Below are positions 24,211-36,430 of a stretch of 64,000 bases of DNA, in pieces. This DNA comes from Macrostomum hystrix (lineage: Eukaryota; Animalia; Platyhelminthes): positions 1,736,001 to 1,800,000 of the forward strand of contig CATNEN010000034.1 in assembly GCA_950097015.1 (NCBI GenBank). The letters run 5' to 3'. Within the stretch, counting starts at the first letter, position 1. Every line of letters starts with the position of its first letter. The translations under genes and the position numbers were made by a program. Below the pieces are notes generated by a model, which searched no databases, was not told the DNA's origin, and saw only the letters and a list, made by a program, of their open reading frames with translations.

Positions 24211-26028
24211 ATGACAGGCATCAGTGGCGAATTGATAGTCCAGACTGGCACTTCAGCTGTCAGTGGCTTAGTTGTGTTTAATGTTGGTGGCCAGCGTCAC
24301 CAAGTGTTTCTGCAGACTCTGGCAGCCTGGCCGGACAGTCTGCTCTGCCGACTGGCTCGCGGCCAGCTGCGCTGCATCGCCGACACCAGCGGCGGCATCT
24401 GCATTGATCGAGATCCCGACACCTTCAGTCTGGTATTGAATTTTCTGCGCTACAGGCGAGCTCCACTCGACGCGGAATCGGTTGACTCTGCCAGATTCAA
24501 CCTCCTGCTGGAGGACAGTGAGTTCTACGGCCTGCCAGAGCTGCGCAACTGCCTGCTGCGAATGAGGGACTCTGGTGATCGGGCTGCTGCAGCTGCTGCT
24601 GCTGTTGCTTCTGCCGCCGAAGCCACAAATACTTCTATCAGTGATAATTACAATGAGAATTCCGCCGACTCTAAGCAGAGTAAGTCGAGAGTATTTTTGT
24701 AGGTCAACAAATAAATTGTATTAGGCGAGGATAGATAGGAGAAAGGAGAGAGGGCAGAGGGAGGGTAGAGAAGGGAGAAAGTAGAGAGGAGAGAGGTCAC
24801 AAATGTGGCTTTTCTGCGAGGAAGGAGTACATTTTTTGCACAATCTGATATCTATTGTTACAGAACAAAGATATCATTTATGATTATAATTTTCCTCGTT
24901 TGATTTCACAGCTGGTCCTTATGTGGGCTCAATGGTATCGCTGAACATCGGTGGCACACTGTACACCACATCCTTATCAACTCTGGCGCGCTATCCGGAT
25001 TCTATGCTTGGCGCAATGTTCTCGGATAGATTTCGTCCATCAGCTATTAGTACTGCTAGTAGTAGCACTAGCGGCGCAAATGAGCCAATTGTAATCGATC
25101 GCGACGGCGGCCTATTTCGCTACGTACTAAATTTTCTGAGATCAGGCCAGCTCTGCCTGCCCAACGGCTTTGCCGAGGGCGAAGCTCTGCTAGCCGAGGC
25201 CGAGTTCTACCAGATCCAACCGCTGGTGCAGGAGCTGCGCGATTGGCTGGGCGGCCACGCGGCTAGTAGGGCCAAGGGTGTCTACTTGGAGGTTCGTTTG
25301 AAACAGAATCAATACTTTGATAGCTTTTTTCAGGCATTGTGATTAAAGATTGGAATTGCTTTGTTGTCATTCAGATATTAGAGTCTTGAGTGAGTCTTTG
25401 TAGGCATTATGTTATTAGAGACTTCAGTAGTCTTTGTAGGCATTATGTTATTAGAGACTTGAGTAGTCTTTGTAGGCTTGACTCGAATTTGTGTTTAAAT
25501 TGATATTGATGGACTTGAAAAAGTCTTTTCACAAAAATTTCTAGACAGCAGTTTAGCGTGTGGTAACAGTAGCACAACATATTGAGTAGTATGCTCACGC
25601 TCCGCCTAACTCGCCGCACTGCTCAGGTCAAAGACAATGTGGTCTGTTTTCGCGGCTTTCACATCACCACAAGCCTGACTGGCCCCTTGGCCTATCTGAA
25701 ATCAGTGCCGCCGTTCGACACGGAGCTGACCCGCCTGACCCAGGCGGCTCCAGTGCTCAGCCAGTTCTGCTCACCCTTGCCATTCTACACTGCCTGGGTG
25801 AAGGGCAGCATGGAGGAGGTCTACCTGAACTCGGACGCCAGCAAGAGCCGGCTGGAGTGGGCCTCGCTGCTTCGCGCCACCGGCTGGAGGCTCTGCAGCA
25901 CGTCCAGCTGCTGCAGCTCCAGCTCCGATCAGACTTTTATAGTTGTGGACAAGTGGTTCCTACCCTCTGAGCAGCTGTATGACAGTATCTTTTCTCAGGG
26001 CGGTAGTGGTCCACAGTCAATTGGTTGA
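24211..26028 (+). CDS. KCTD-family protein with two tandem BTB/T1 domains (second domain KCTD6/11/21-like), 3 exons
   Basis: Exons 24211-24679, 24912-25291 and 25627-26028; junctions are phase 1 (A|GTAAGT to ttcacag|CT) and phase 0. BTB1: VVFNVGG...IDRDPDTFSLVLNFLR...EDSEFYGL. BTB2: VSLNIGG.LYTTSLSTLARYPDSMLGAMF...IDRDGGLFRYVLNFLRSGQL...EAEFYQI. The start codon is uncertain. Confidence 0.8.
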
Positions 26029-26110
26029 TTGTTCACCTGTCGGCCTCTCTTATTCCGTTTGCTAATATTTTTTATCAGGTCTATTTTAGATTCTCGAAGG
26101 TTCGAGGGAG

Positions 26111-26490
26111 TAATAATAATAATTATAATTACAATTATTATTGCAGGAGGGCTGCGGGCAATGGCACATCATTTGGTGACACTTGACCAGCAGCCAGCGA
26201 GGAGGCAATTCTGCCCATTTCGCTGACTCCTGAGCACACACTCACACAGATACTGTACACAGGCATACGCTCACACAGGTGTGTACATCTGCCCTGACTT
26301 TCTCATCGTCAGGCAGTGTACACTTCAGTGTGCTTTGGAGGTTGGCCCTAAGGGCGTAAATTGCACGACAAGCCCTCAAGCCTTCTCTCCGCGGCTGCGC
26401 CCCAAATAAATGTGGCCTCGCCGTGGAATCGAACTTAGGGACCTTGGTGCGAGAGGCAAACGCGATAATCCGCTCTGCTGCCGACCCCCC
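26111..26490 (-). mobile_element. tRNA-derived SINE, family A, full length
   Basis: Reverse-complement copy of 9636-9974 with a (TAA)n tail. TSD ggttcgaggga on both sides. Confidence 0.85.
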
Positions 26491-27499
26491 GGTTCGAGGG
26501 AATCTCTACGGTAAAATTAATTTCCGAATGTTTCTGGGATTTTCTAAGGTTCGGGATTCCAAATTATAAAAACTGTTTCCCAATTTCTCAGGTATTCCCT
26601 AAGGTTTGGAGGAACCCCTATGCTAAAAATAGCTTCCAAATATCTCGAACTCCCAGAAGTTTCCTAATCTTTGGAATCCTCTACGGTTTGGGGGAATCCC
26701 TATGCTTAAATTATTTTCTGGTTCTATCTGGGATTCCCCGTAGTTTAAGTGAATTGAGCTAAATTTATTTAGTTGTTGATTGCAAATTAAGGTTTGACTC
26801 AGCATCGATGTATTTTGGATGCTCATAATTTCTGAGTTTGAATCCAGCTTAGCTACTTTTAGTACAGTTGATAGTATTATGGTTATAAATTTATGCATTT
26901 TAGTGCACCATTTCTAGATCACACACTGTGAATGCGATCTCTTAGAATCTCAGATATGTTGTGTTAAATGTGGTGAAGCAAAAAAATTGTTCCACAAGCA
27001 ATGCTTTAAAGCTGTGTGATAAAATACACAAGCACATGTAGATTGTTGTAAATATTTGTTTGTTTGGTTTTTGTTTGAAAATATACCCCCTGGTAATGAG
27101 AGTACTTGAAAGAATATGAAATAATGGTAACTTGGTAAAATGTAATTTTTTTTTAAACCGAAAGTTTTAAGTGGAACATTTGAGAGAAATTAATGACACC
27201 TAATCCAGTTAGGCCATATTACAGCTGAAGGGATATTCGCAGTTTACCAAGTTGCTGTGTACAGCTCTTCAGTAATTTCAGCTCAGCACAAAACAAATTG
27301 TAATGCTGAAGGGCAAAAATAATTTCTGCTTACCGACCTCTCGGTAAAGGTTGCACTGAGTTTACTACTGAGAGAGCGACCGGATCACGTGATTTGCCAG
27401 CTTGGCTGCGATTGGCTGAGGTCGGACTGAGGTGGGGTTCGAGAGAGGACATTTGAAGGTTAGGGTTGATGACTAATCAGGGGGTATAGAAAATGGGCG

Positions 27500-27619
27500 A
27501 CTACAAGCACTTGCATAACCGAAGCTATGCAGAGATAAGGGTCTTGCTAGCGGAGTGGAGTCAAGTAACGAACCCCCGACCTTAAAGTCGTTAGTATGAC
27601 GCTCTAACCACTTGGCTAC
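27500..27619 (-). mobile_element. SINE family B 5' fragment
   Basis: Reverse complement reads tgtagccaagtggttagagcgtc...aaggtcgggggttcgttac...gcaagacc, matching the heads at 20371 and 53326. Confidence 0.5.
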
Positions 27620-27703
27620 AATCCCTTTGACGGGGAAAACATAAGGATTAATAATTGGAAAATTGTATGTGCGACATTGTGTTTCGCATTGAATCTCGTC
27701 AAA

Positions 27704-30700
27704 TCAATTCTGGTTGCCGTCGACGCCGCCGTTGCCGCGTCTGGCTAGACTTGACGGCGACGGCTGCAGCTTAGGATGTTCAGCGCCACCGCTGTAGGCC
27801 TCCAGGCCGTTTCTAGCCACGTAGTCACGCAGCCACAAGGCCAGGTACTCGATGGGATCGGCCGGTCGGCGCATGGCAACCTCGGCTACGCCAATAGACA
27901 GAGCTTTCGCTGAAAAGTATTCAAATTTTCAATGATTTTCTACCGAATGAAACGCTTTCTTTCAATGACTCAAAAATACCTTTGTACAGACGTCATTTTG
28001 CTTTTTCCAATGAGCCAGACTTTGACCTTCAAATGTACCCTGCGCAATGGCGCCACTCACCCACGGCCCTGAGCTCCCACGGGAAGCTGCGATAGCGCAT
28101 ATCGACGGCCGCTCCGGCTGTGGCCGCCACCCCAGCCGCCTGCGCCTGCAGCTGTGGCTGAACGAGCTGCGGCCTGGCCACCTCCGCTCTTCTTAGTCGC
28201 CGACGAAAGTTCAGCGATGCTGACGTCGACGCCGATGCTGACATCGACTGAGCCGACGGAGGCTGCGGCAGATCTGGTGGTTGTAGCCGAAATTTCACCT
28301 GCTTAACGCCCACGCTGGCGCCGACTGCAACCTCCGCGGTGTTATCTTCATCGTTGTCATCGCTGCCGATGCTTTTCACCTCCGTCAGGGTGCCGCTGCT
28401 TCCACCACCGGACTGGCAGCGGCTGAGGTCCTCGGAGCTTGAGGTTGACGAGGAGTCTCCGATGACGGAAGCTCCGGAGACGGAGATTAAGGATGGATGG
28501 AGGCTGTCGCGCCGTCTTTCATGTTTACGCCCGCAGTGGCGCTTGCTTCTGCCCGCATCGCTGGACGGTGACTGCAGTAGGTGGCGGCTGTGGCTGCCAC
28601 GGCCGCTGCAGCTGGGCCCGGCTTCGGCCCCGTCGGAGTCTTCGCTGTCGTCAGTCCCGCCGGCGGCTTCCCTGCAGATTCGCTGCAGCGTCTGGCTTGC
28701 CGACGCGCTGGTGGTGGTGTTCTCCGTGTTCTCGTCGGAGCTGTCGTCCAGCTTGCCGCGGTCGATGTCCAGCCACTCCGTCAGCTGCTGGTACTCCAGA
28801 CTGGCCTGAATGGACGATAGCGGGCTACGCTGCGGCTTGTGTTGATTTCCTGCATTACTGCCCGCAATTTGACATTTTAGATTTAGGGTTAGGGTTCGGG
28901 GCTAGAGTAATGGGATGGGCATACAGTAATGTGGATTATTCAACTTTAGCGGATTCTCAACTTATCCTGTCCAAAAAATGGAACACCTCACCTTGTTGGA
29001 GCGGCCCAGGAGGTAGTATGTGACCATGCGGCCCTTGCCCTTCACCTCCACCGGTTCTCTGCGCTCAACCTCGTACGGAAAGTCGTCAATGCAGCGCTGA
29101 AAGCTCTCGCTGATATGGATAGTGTCCGGCCGGCCGCATGACATCATCCGGGAGGCCACGTTGACGGTGTCGCCAAATAGGCAGTAGCGCGGCATCTTCA
29201 GGCCAACAACGCCGGCGACAATGCTGCCGGAATGGCAGCCGACTTGAATGCGCAACGACTCGAAGGTATCTGCTGAGGGCGAGCAGCCGCCGCTGCTGCC
29301 GCCTCCGCCACCGCTTGCGGTGCCCGAAGGTCGCACAATGCGCCGGGCCTCGGCCACCATGTCCAGCGCCATTTCGGCGATGTGCGCCGCGTGGTAAGGC
29401 GTAGCTCGAGGCGCGCCGGACATCAGCATGTAGGAATCACCGATGGTTTCAACCTGAGTTGGTTTTGTGTTGACTTTGTGCGTGTTTTGTGTGGTCTTTG
29501 TGCGTGTTTTATGTGGTCTTTGTGCGTGTTTTATGTGGTCTTTGTGTGTGTTTTATGTGGTCTTTGTGTGTGTTTTCTGTGGTCTTTGTGCGTGTTTTGT
29601 ATGGGTTTTTGTGCGTGTTTTATGTGGTCTTTGTGCGTGTTTTATTTGGTCTTTGTGTGTGTTTTGTGTGGTCTTTGTGCATGTTTTATGTTGTCTTTGT
29701 GCGTGTTTTGTATGGGCTTTTGTGCGTGTTTTATGTGGTCTTTGAGCGCGTTTTGTGTGGGTAATTGCGGACCGTGTGTGGGTTTTTGTGTGGGTTCTAA
29801 CTGGTATTGATAACTATACATTCTTGAAATTGCCAAGTTCACCAAAAAAGTAGTTTTAGCGAGACCTTATAAACCCGGTGCTTCTCAAGTCGCAAGTCGA
29901 ATCTTGTGTACATTGTGTTGAGCAGGTTGACAATGTCTGTGACTGACAGTTGTCGACAAATTTCTTGGAAATCCACCACCTTGCTAAAGCAGATGCTAAC
30001 AGATTCGTGTGTCTGCAACAGGAGAAATGTCTAATTAGACAGTTGAGTGTCTAATTTACTTTTCGACAAAATTAATTTAGTAATTAGTAATTTAGATATT
30101 AGTAAAAAAGCTTATTGAATCACAATGAGTTTGCAGCTGGGAAAATGTTTCCGACATGCCTACTAGATTGTCGCTATTTTCGCTATGCTACGCGATTCCT
30201 GAGAAAGTCCAGGGCAGATGTACACACCTGTGTGAGCGTATTGTTATAATTATTACTATAATTAAGGTATTTCTGACTGGCCGTAATTACTGCATCAAAT
30301 TGGCTAATTTATTGTAGAAAAATGAAGTCGTGGCATTTCTGCAGCTCCGACAGTGGAATGAGATGGATAATTGTGGGCAGCCTTTCTGCCACAAGCCACA
30401 TCTAGCACTTTCTTCGTTCTCAAAGTTTGAGTCATCATAAACCTTAATCGTGGTCATCGGATCGAGTCCCTTGCGCAGCTTCCTGGCCACGGATTTCGGC
30501 AGGCACTCGAACAGCAGACTGTCTGCTCGCTTCCGCTCCCTGTCCAGCTTCCGCATGCTCAGCTCCATCTGGCGGCTCTGCTCTTGTTGCTGGGATAGAG
30601 TGACGGGTGGGGTGGGCGCGAAACTATTGCCACTCCCCAATCGGTGCTTCTGTCACTCCACAACCAGTGCTCTAGTCACTCCCCAACCAGTGCTCTAGTC

Positions 30701-32897
30701 ACTCCCAATCAGTGCTCTAGTCACTCCCTATCAGTGCTCTAGTCACTCCCAATCAGTGATCTAGTCACTCCCCAAGAAGTGCTCTAGTCACTCCCAATCA
30801 GTGCTCTTCTCACTCCCCAATCAGTGCTCTAGTCACTCCCAATCAGTGCTCTTCTCACTCCCCAATCAGTGCTCTTCTCACTCCCCAATCAGTGCTCTTC
30901 TCACTCCCCAATCAGTGCTCTTCTCACTCCCCAATCAGTGCTCTTCTCACTCCCCAATCAGTGCTCTTCTCACTCCCCAATCAATGCTCTTCTCACTCCC
31001 CAATCAGTGCTCTTGTCACTCCCAAGCCACTGCTCTAGTCACTCCTGATTCTCACTCTAGTCACTCCCAATTATTTCATTAGTAACTCTCCAATTAGTAT
31101 CAGGTAGATGACCTGTCTGAGCAACTCGAACAGCTCTTCAGACTGTTGATCTCCGGCCAGAGCCAAATCTCGGCTGCAGTCGTGCAGGCTCAGGTCGTTC
31201 AGGTACACATTCTTCATGGCCATCTCCTGAGTGTTCTTGATCCTGAGTAGGTTTTTCCGGGTTCTAGTGAGAGAATTTAAACTAAAAAATGCTTCAATAA
31301 AAATTGCTGACCTCGGCGAGCAAATGTAGAGCAGACGATCCCAGGTTGACATGTAGATCATCTGGCCCTTGAATCGGACAAAAGTAGAATCATCTGACCG
31401 GCTCCAGCTGGTCTCATCCGACCTGTCCGAATGTACTCTATCCGGCAAGGCTCGTCGAACGCCGCCTGAGGCCACGCGGCTGTAGGCCGCTATTTCAAAG
31501 ATATTGTGCCGATGCTTCAGGAACTGTCAAATATGATTAGCGGGGTGTTGTTGGGGTTGTGGGTTGTCGAACGTCTCCGATTGGCTGGGGTGGTATTGGG
31601 ATAGAGGGTCGCAAATTAATGCCATTGGATGGAGTGAGATTGGGGTGGCGAGGAAATTCTGTCTAACCCTCCTTTAATGAGAGAGAGAAGATAATTAGAG
31701 AGGGTTGGACGCCGATGCCTGCAGGCTATTACGCAATTTAAGTCCATAAATAATATCGCTGCATTCTATTGACCAGTCCAATTCAGCCTAACCTCATCCC
31801 AGCAGCAGTCGATAAACGGTCTGATCAGCAGGAAGTTGCTGCCAAATTTGGCGCCAGCCGTGTCGCCCATGATGTTGGCGAAGCCGCTGCCTGCGGCACT
31901 GACATTCAAATCCCGATCCAAAGCCAGGTAGTACGGGAACAGGGTGATGAAGTCGCGATACGGTACTACGTAAGAGTCCGGATCGATGATGGTATATAAG
32001 CTGCTGCGCTCGCCTGAGTAGGCCACGTTGTCAAAGGTGAGCTGATACACGTACAGACTGTAGGCTCCCTGACGGTTGCTGTCGACCAGGCTGATGTCAA
32101 GCTCCAGTTGGTACAGAACTCTGGCTATTGTGTACAGCTGCCCGCGGGCGTAGTGGTGAAAACCCGGCCGGCGGGTCTTGTAGAGAATGCGCATTCCTGC
32201 AGCATCAGGAAATAAAATTTGTTGATTGCTACTGGAACTAATGCCGTGCGATTGATTACTGTGTCTACCTGTGAATGGGTGGCATCTTCGGTTGGAATCG
32301 TAGCCTAGAACTAATTGCTGAGGCAGTTGGCTATTAGTGAGGCAGTGGGGCTTTTGTGGAGGCAGTGGGGCTATTGTGGAGGCAGTGGGGCTATTGTGGA
32401 GGCAGTGGGGCTATTGTGGAGGCAGTAGGGCTATTGTGGAGGCAGTGGGGCTATCGCTGAGGCAGAGGGGCTATCGCTGAGGCAGTTGGGCTATTGTTGA
32501 GGCAGTGGGTCTCACCAGTGGGACTTTCATCGGCCACAATGAAGGTAGGCGGCCGAATTCTAGGATAGGAGAATCTCAGATGCTCGTGCAGGTTGTCAAT
32601 GCCGTGACAGAAGTCACGCAGGTGACGCCCCATGACCCGCAGAACCTTATCGTAGCCGTACTTGGCCAGGTAGCCGACAAAGAAGCAGCCATTCTCGAAT
32701 GTCAGCTGATCAACGGACAGTCCGGTGAGGCTGGAAGCGGCCTGGAACAGCTGCATCAGCAGTTGCTCATTGTAGCTTCGTCTGGTCTCGAATGTCGGAT
32801 GGCGGCACTCGGCCAATTCTCGAATTTTAGCCCACGCCTGAGCGCCGTAGGTGTGCTCAAGATAGTGCTGCACTCCTTCTAGTAGAATTCCGTACAT
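27704..32897 (-). CDS. Atypical soluble guanylyl cyclase (Gyc88E-like: H-NOX - PAS/H-NOBA - coiled coil - cyclase), predicted C-terminal Dpy-30 motif, 9 exons, about 944 aa
   Basis: Exons 32516-32897, 31793-32196, 31312-31523, 31113-31242, 30443-30589, 29866-30012, 28992-29453, 28061-28805 and 27704-27909; all GT-AG, total 2835 nt, frame intact. Motifs MYGILLE, GYDKVLRVMGRHLRDF..GIDNLHEHL, YLNDLSLHDCSRD, VYKVETIGDSYM, GVVGLKMPRYCLFGDTVNVASRM and VKGKGRMVTY. The last exon (Dpy-30) is less certain than the cyclase core. Confidence 0.9.
29460..29790. repeat. ~22-bp GT-rich minisatellite in guanylyl cyclase intron 6
   Basis: Tandem tgtggtctttgtgcgtgtttta. Confidence 0.9.
30203..30262 (+). mobile_element. 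Short internal fragment of SINE family A
   Basis: gaaagtccagggcagatgtacacacctgtgtgagcgta followed by an ATT-rich tail, in guanylyl cyclase intron 5. Confidence 0.5.
30645..31070. repeat. 21-22-bp minisatellite in guanylyl cyclase intron 4
   Basis: Tandem cactccccaatcagtgctct(t/ag)t. Confidence 0.9.
32330..32510. repeat. 20-bp minisatellite in guanylyl cyclase intron 1
   Basis: About 9 copies of gaggcagtggggctattgtg. Confidence 0.9.
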
Positions 32898-33544
32898 TGC
32901 TGGCCGGTTGACTTTACTTCGGAAACACTCAGCAATCTGTTCTCACGACTGGCTAATCCATTTTGCTTTTTATCCTCATTTCGATTCGACAGTTGAGATG
33001 TGGCAACTCAGATTCGTTGCTATTGGCCCATGGCTTCGGAACCAATGAGGATATCACCTATTTTTATTGGTCATTCTATTGTATCAGCGGATTTAGTCAT
33101 TTAAACTTATTCCTAATTACTCAAAAATTTCTGGCAACAATTATTTAACAGTTAATTTTAGCCGTCCGACGTCAGCATCGTTGAGATCAGGGATCGTCGA
33201 AGACCCAAGTGACAATGGCAACTAACAATTCTCTGTCTATGGCGAATCCATATTGGTTCAATGATAAAAAATTAACAATATAATCAGCACAATCAATACA
33301 AAATACAGACAGAAAATTATGCCAATATTTTTTTCCACCAGACACATCGACGAGAATCGGTAAATATATCGAAGATGTTTTTATCCTGGAAGTGTTTTCA
33401 TCGGATGGAACGGAAAATTTTTGGCCGTGTTCTGGATTTTCCTGACGACTGCTTTGATATTTTAGGAGATACAGAAAAAATGAAAAATGTGGGCATTTTT
33501 CGTGGACTCATGGTCCTTCTCTTAAGCAACTGACCTCAATTATT

Positions 33545-34975
33545 CCTCTGGTCATTCTATTCAGTCATAACCCTCATCCAATCTTCCGGTCATTCTATTC
33601 AGTCATAGCCCTCATCCAATCTTCCGGTCATTCGATTCCGTCATGATATTCATCCAGTATTCTGGTCATTCTATTCAGTCATAACCCTGATCCATTCTTC
33701 TGGTAATTCTATTCCGTCATGATATCCATCCAATCTTCTGGTAATTCTATTCCGTCATGATATCCATCCATTCTTCTGGTAATTCTATTCCGTCATGATA
33801 TCCATCCAATCATCTGGTCATTCTATTCAGTCATAACCCTTATCCAATCTTCTGGTCATTCTATTCCGTCATGATATCCATCCAATCTTCTGGTAATTCT
33901 ATTCCGTCATGATATCCATCCAATTTTCTGGTCATTCGATTCCGTCATGATATCCATCCATTCTTCTGGTAATTCTATTCCGTCATGATATCCATCCATT
34001 CTTCTGGTAATTCTATTCCGTCATGATATCCATCCAAACTTCTGGTTATTCTATTCCGTCATGATATCCATCCAATCTTCTGGTCATTTTATTCCGTCAT
34101 AATATCCATCCAATCTTCTGGTCATTCTATTCCGTCATGATATCCATCCAATTTTCTGGTCATTATATTCCGTCATGATATCCATCCAATCTTCTGGTCA
34201 TTCTATTCCGTCATGATATCCATCCAATCTTCTGGTCATTCTATTCCGTCATGATATCCATCCAATCATCTGGTCATTCTATTCAGTCATAACCCTTATC
34301 CAATCTTCTGGTAATTCTATTCCGTCATGATATCCATCCAATCTTCTGGTCATTCTATTCCGTCATGATATCCATCCAATCTTCTGGTCATTCTATTCCG
34401 TCATGATATCCATCCAATCTTCTGGTAATTCTATTCCGTCATGATATCCATCCAATCTTCTGGTAATTCTATTCCGTCATGATATCCATCCAATCTTCTG
34501 GTAATTCTATTCCGTCATGATATCCATCCAATCTTCTGGTCATTCGATTCCGTCATGATATCCATCCAATCTTCTGGTTATTCCATTCCGTCATGATATC
34601 CATCCAATTTTCTGGTTATTCCATTCCGTCATGATATCCATCCAATTTTCTGGTTATTCTATTCCGTCATGATATCCATCCAATCATCTGGTCATTCTAT
34701 TCAGTCATAACCCTTATCCAATCTTCTGGTCATTCTATTCCGTCATGATATCCATCCAATCTTCTGGTTATTCCATTCCGTCATGATATCCATCCAATCT
34801 TCTGGTCATTCTATTCCGTCATAACCCTTATCCAATCTTCTGGTCATTCTATTCCGTCATAACCCTTATCCAATCTTCTGGTCATTCTATTCAGTCATAA
34901 CCCTTATCCAATCTTCTAGTCATTCTATTCAGTCATAACCCTTATCTAATCTTCTGTTTATTCTACGCAGTCAGT
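33545..34975. repeat. 38-bp minisatellite
   Basis: About 37 copies of tctggtcattctattccgtcatgatatccatccaatct, with an interspersed ataacccttatcc variant. Confidence 0.95.
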
Positions 34976-35869
34976 CATTCTAATCAATGACTGAGTAGAA
35001 CTCAGCCATTTATTCATCCAGTTCCGTCATGATCGTGCTCTCGCGATATCCTCGTCATGCAGACGTGTCCTCGATAGCAACTGATTTAGGAGCTCGCTAG
35101 AACACTGGAAATTGGGGAAAAAAGCTGGCTAATCCCAAACCAATAGGATATTTGAACAACGCCCTGAGTGGATGAGAAACAGGAAAGCAGAAAGAAAAAC
35201 AAGTGCCAAGGTGATCAGGTCGGCCAATTTCTACTAAAGCATAGTTAACAGCGATGACAGCTTTAAGTCGTAATTCACTTCGCCTTCCGTTGCTCTTGTA
35301 AGAAAGGAAATTGTCTTCTCAAAAGAGTCACCAGCTGCTTTTAAAGTTGGTTTCAATTTCAGTTTTGCGTTATCATTTTCCGCTGTGCCAATGCATTTAC
35401 TTTCAGACAGACTCTATTTTGACTACTGTGAGTAGAAAGGCGAAAAGCAAGATTATTTTGTTTGTAAGTTTAGAAAGATAAAATTAATTTCTTATCCTTT
35501 TTATTTAGACTATCAGTGAGGTGGTCACTCGGGTAGAACTCTTTGAAACCAAGCCCAAAGAGAGTAATGAAATTGGAATTTTTTTAACCAAAATTCAGTA
35601 AGCCATTCGCTCAGTGAAGAGCTTAGGATTAGAAAACGACAATTAAAAAAATCGTCTAGCTATTTTAGAACTTTAAAAAAAAATTGCAACTAAAATAAAA
35701 TATGTAAAGCTGGGAGTGAAATGTCCTTGATAACCTCTAGAAATCATGGAAACAATAACAAATATAATAAATATTTTTGCAGGTCTATTAATAGCAATAT
35801 TTTCTAGCAAGACACTTCTTCAGTTCACTGAATTATCGATATGACATCGTAACAATAAACATTCCTGTA

Positions 35870-36295
35870 GGGCAGGAAACACTCCTGTCTAACAGGAAAC
35901 ACTCCTGTCTAACAGGAAACACTCCTGTCTAACAGGAAACACTCCTGTCTAACAGGAAACACTCCTGTCTAACAGGAAACACTCCTGTCTAACAGGAAAC
36001 ACTCCTGTCTAACAGGAAACACTCCTGTCTAACAGGAAACACTCCTGTCTAACAGGAAACACTCCTATCTAACAGGAAGCACTCCTATCTAACAGGAAGC
36101 ACTCCTATCTAACAGGAAGCACTCCTATCTAACAGGAAGCACTCCTATCTAACAGGAAACACTCCTATCTAACAGGAAACACTCCTATCTAACAGGAAAC
36201 ACTCCTATCTAACAGGAAACACTCCTATCTAACAGGAAACACTCCTATCTAACAGGAAACACTCCTGTCTAACAGGAAACACTCCTGTCTAAAGG
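35870..36295. repeat. 20-bp minisatellite
   Basis: About 21 copies of aacaggaaacactcct(g/a)tct. Confidence 0.95.
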
Positions 36296-36430
36296 GACAA
36301 ATCTCAGTGCAACAATAGTTTAAAATGATCTGACTGATGTTAACTAATTCTAAATGTTTTAAATTAGCAATGTTTAGCATAGCAGAAACAGATGCGATAC
36401 ACTGGGACATGGGATCATATCAGAGCGCCC

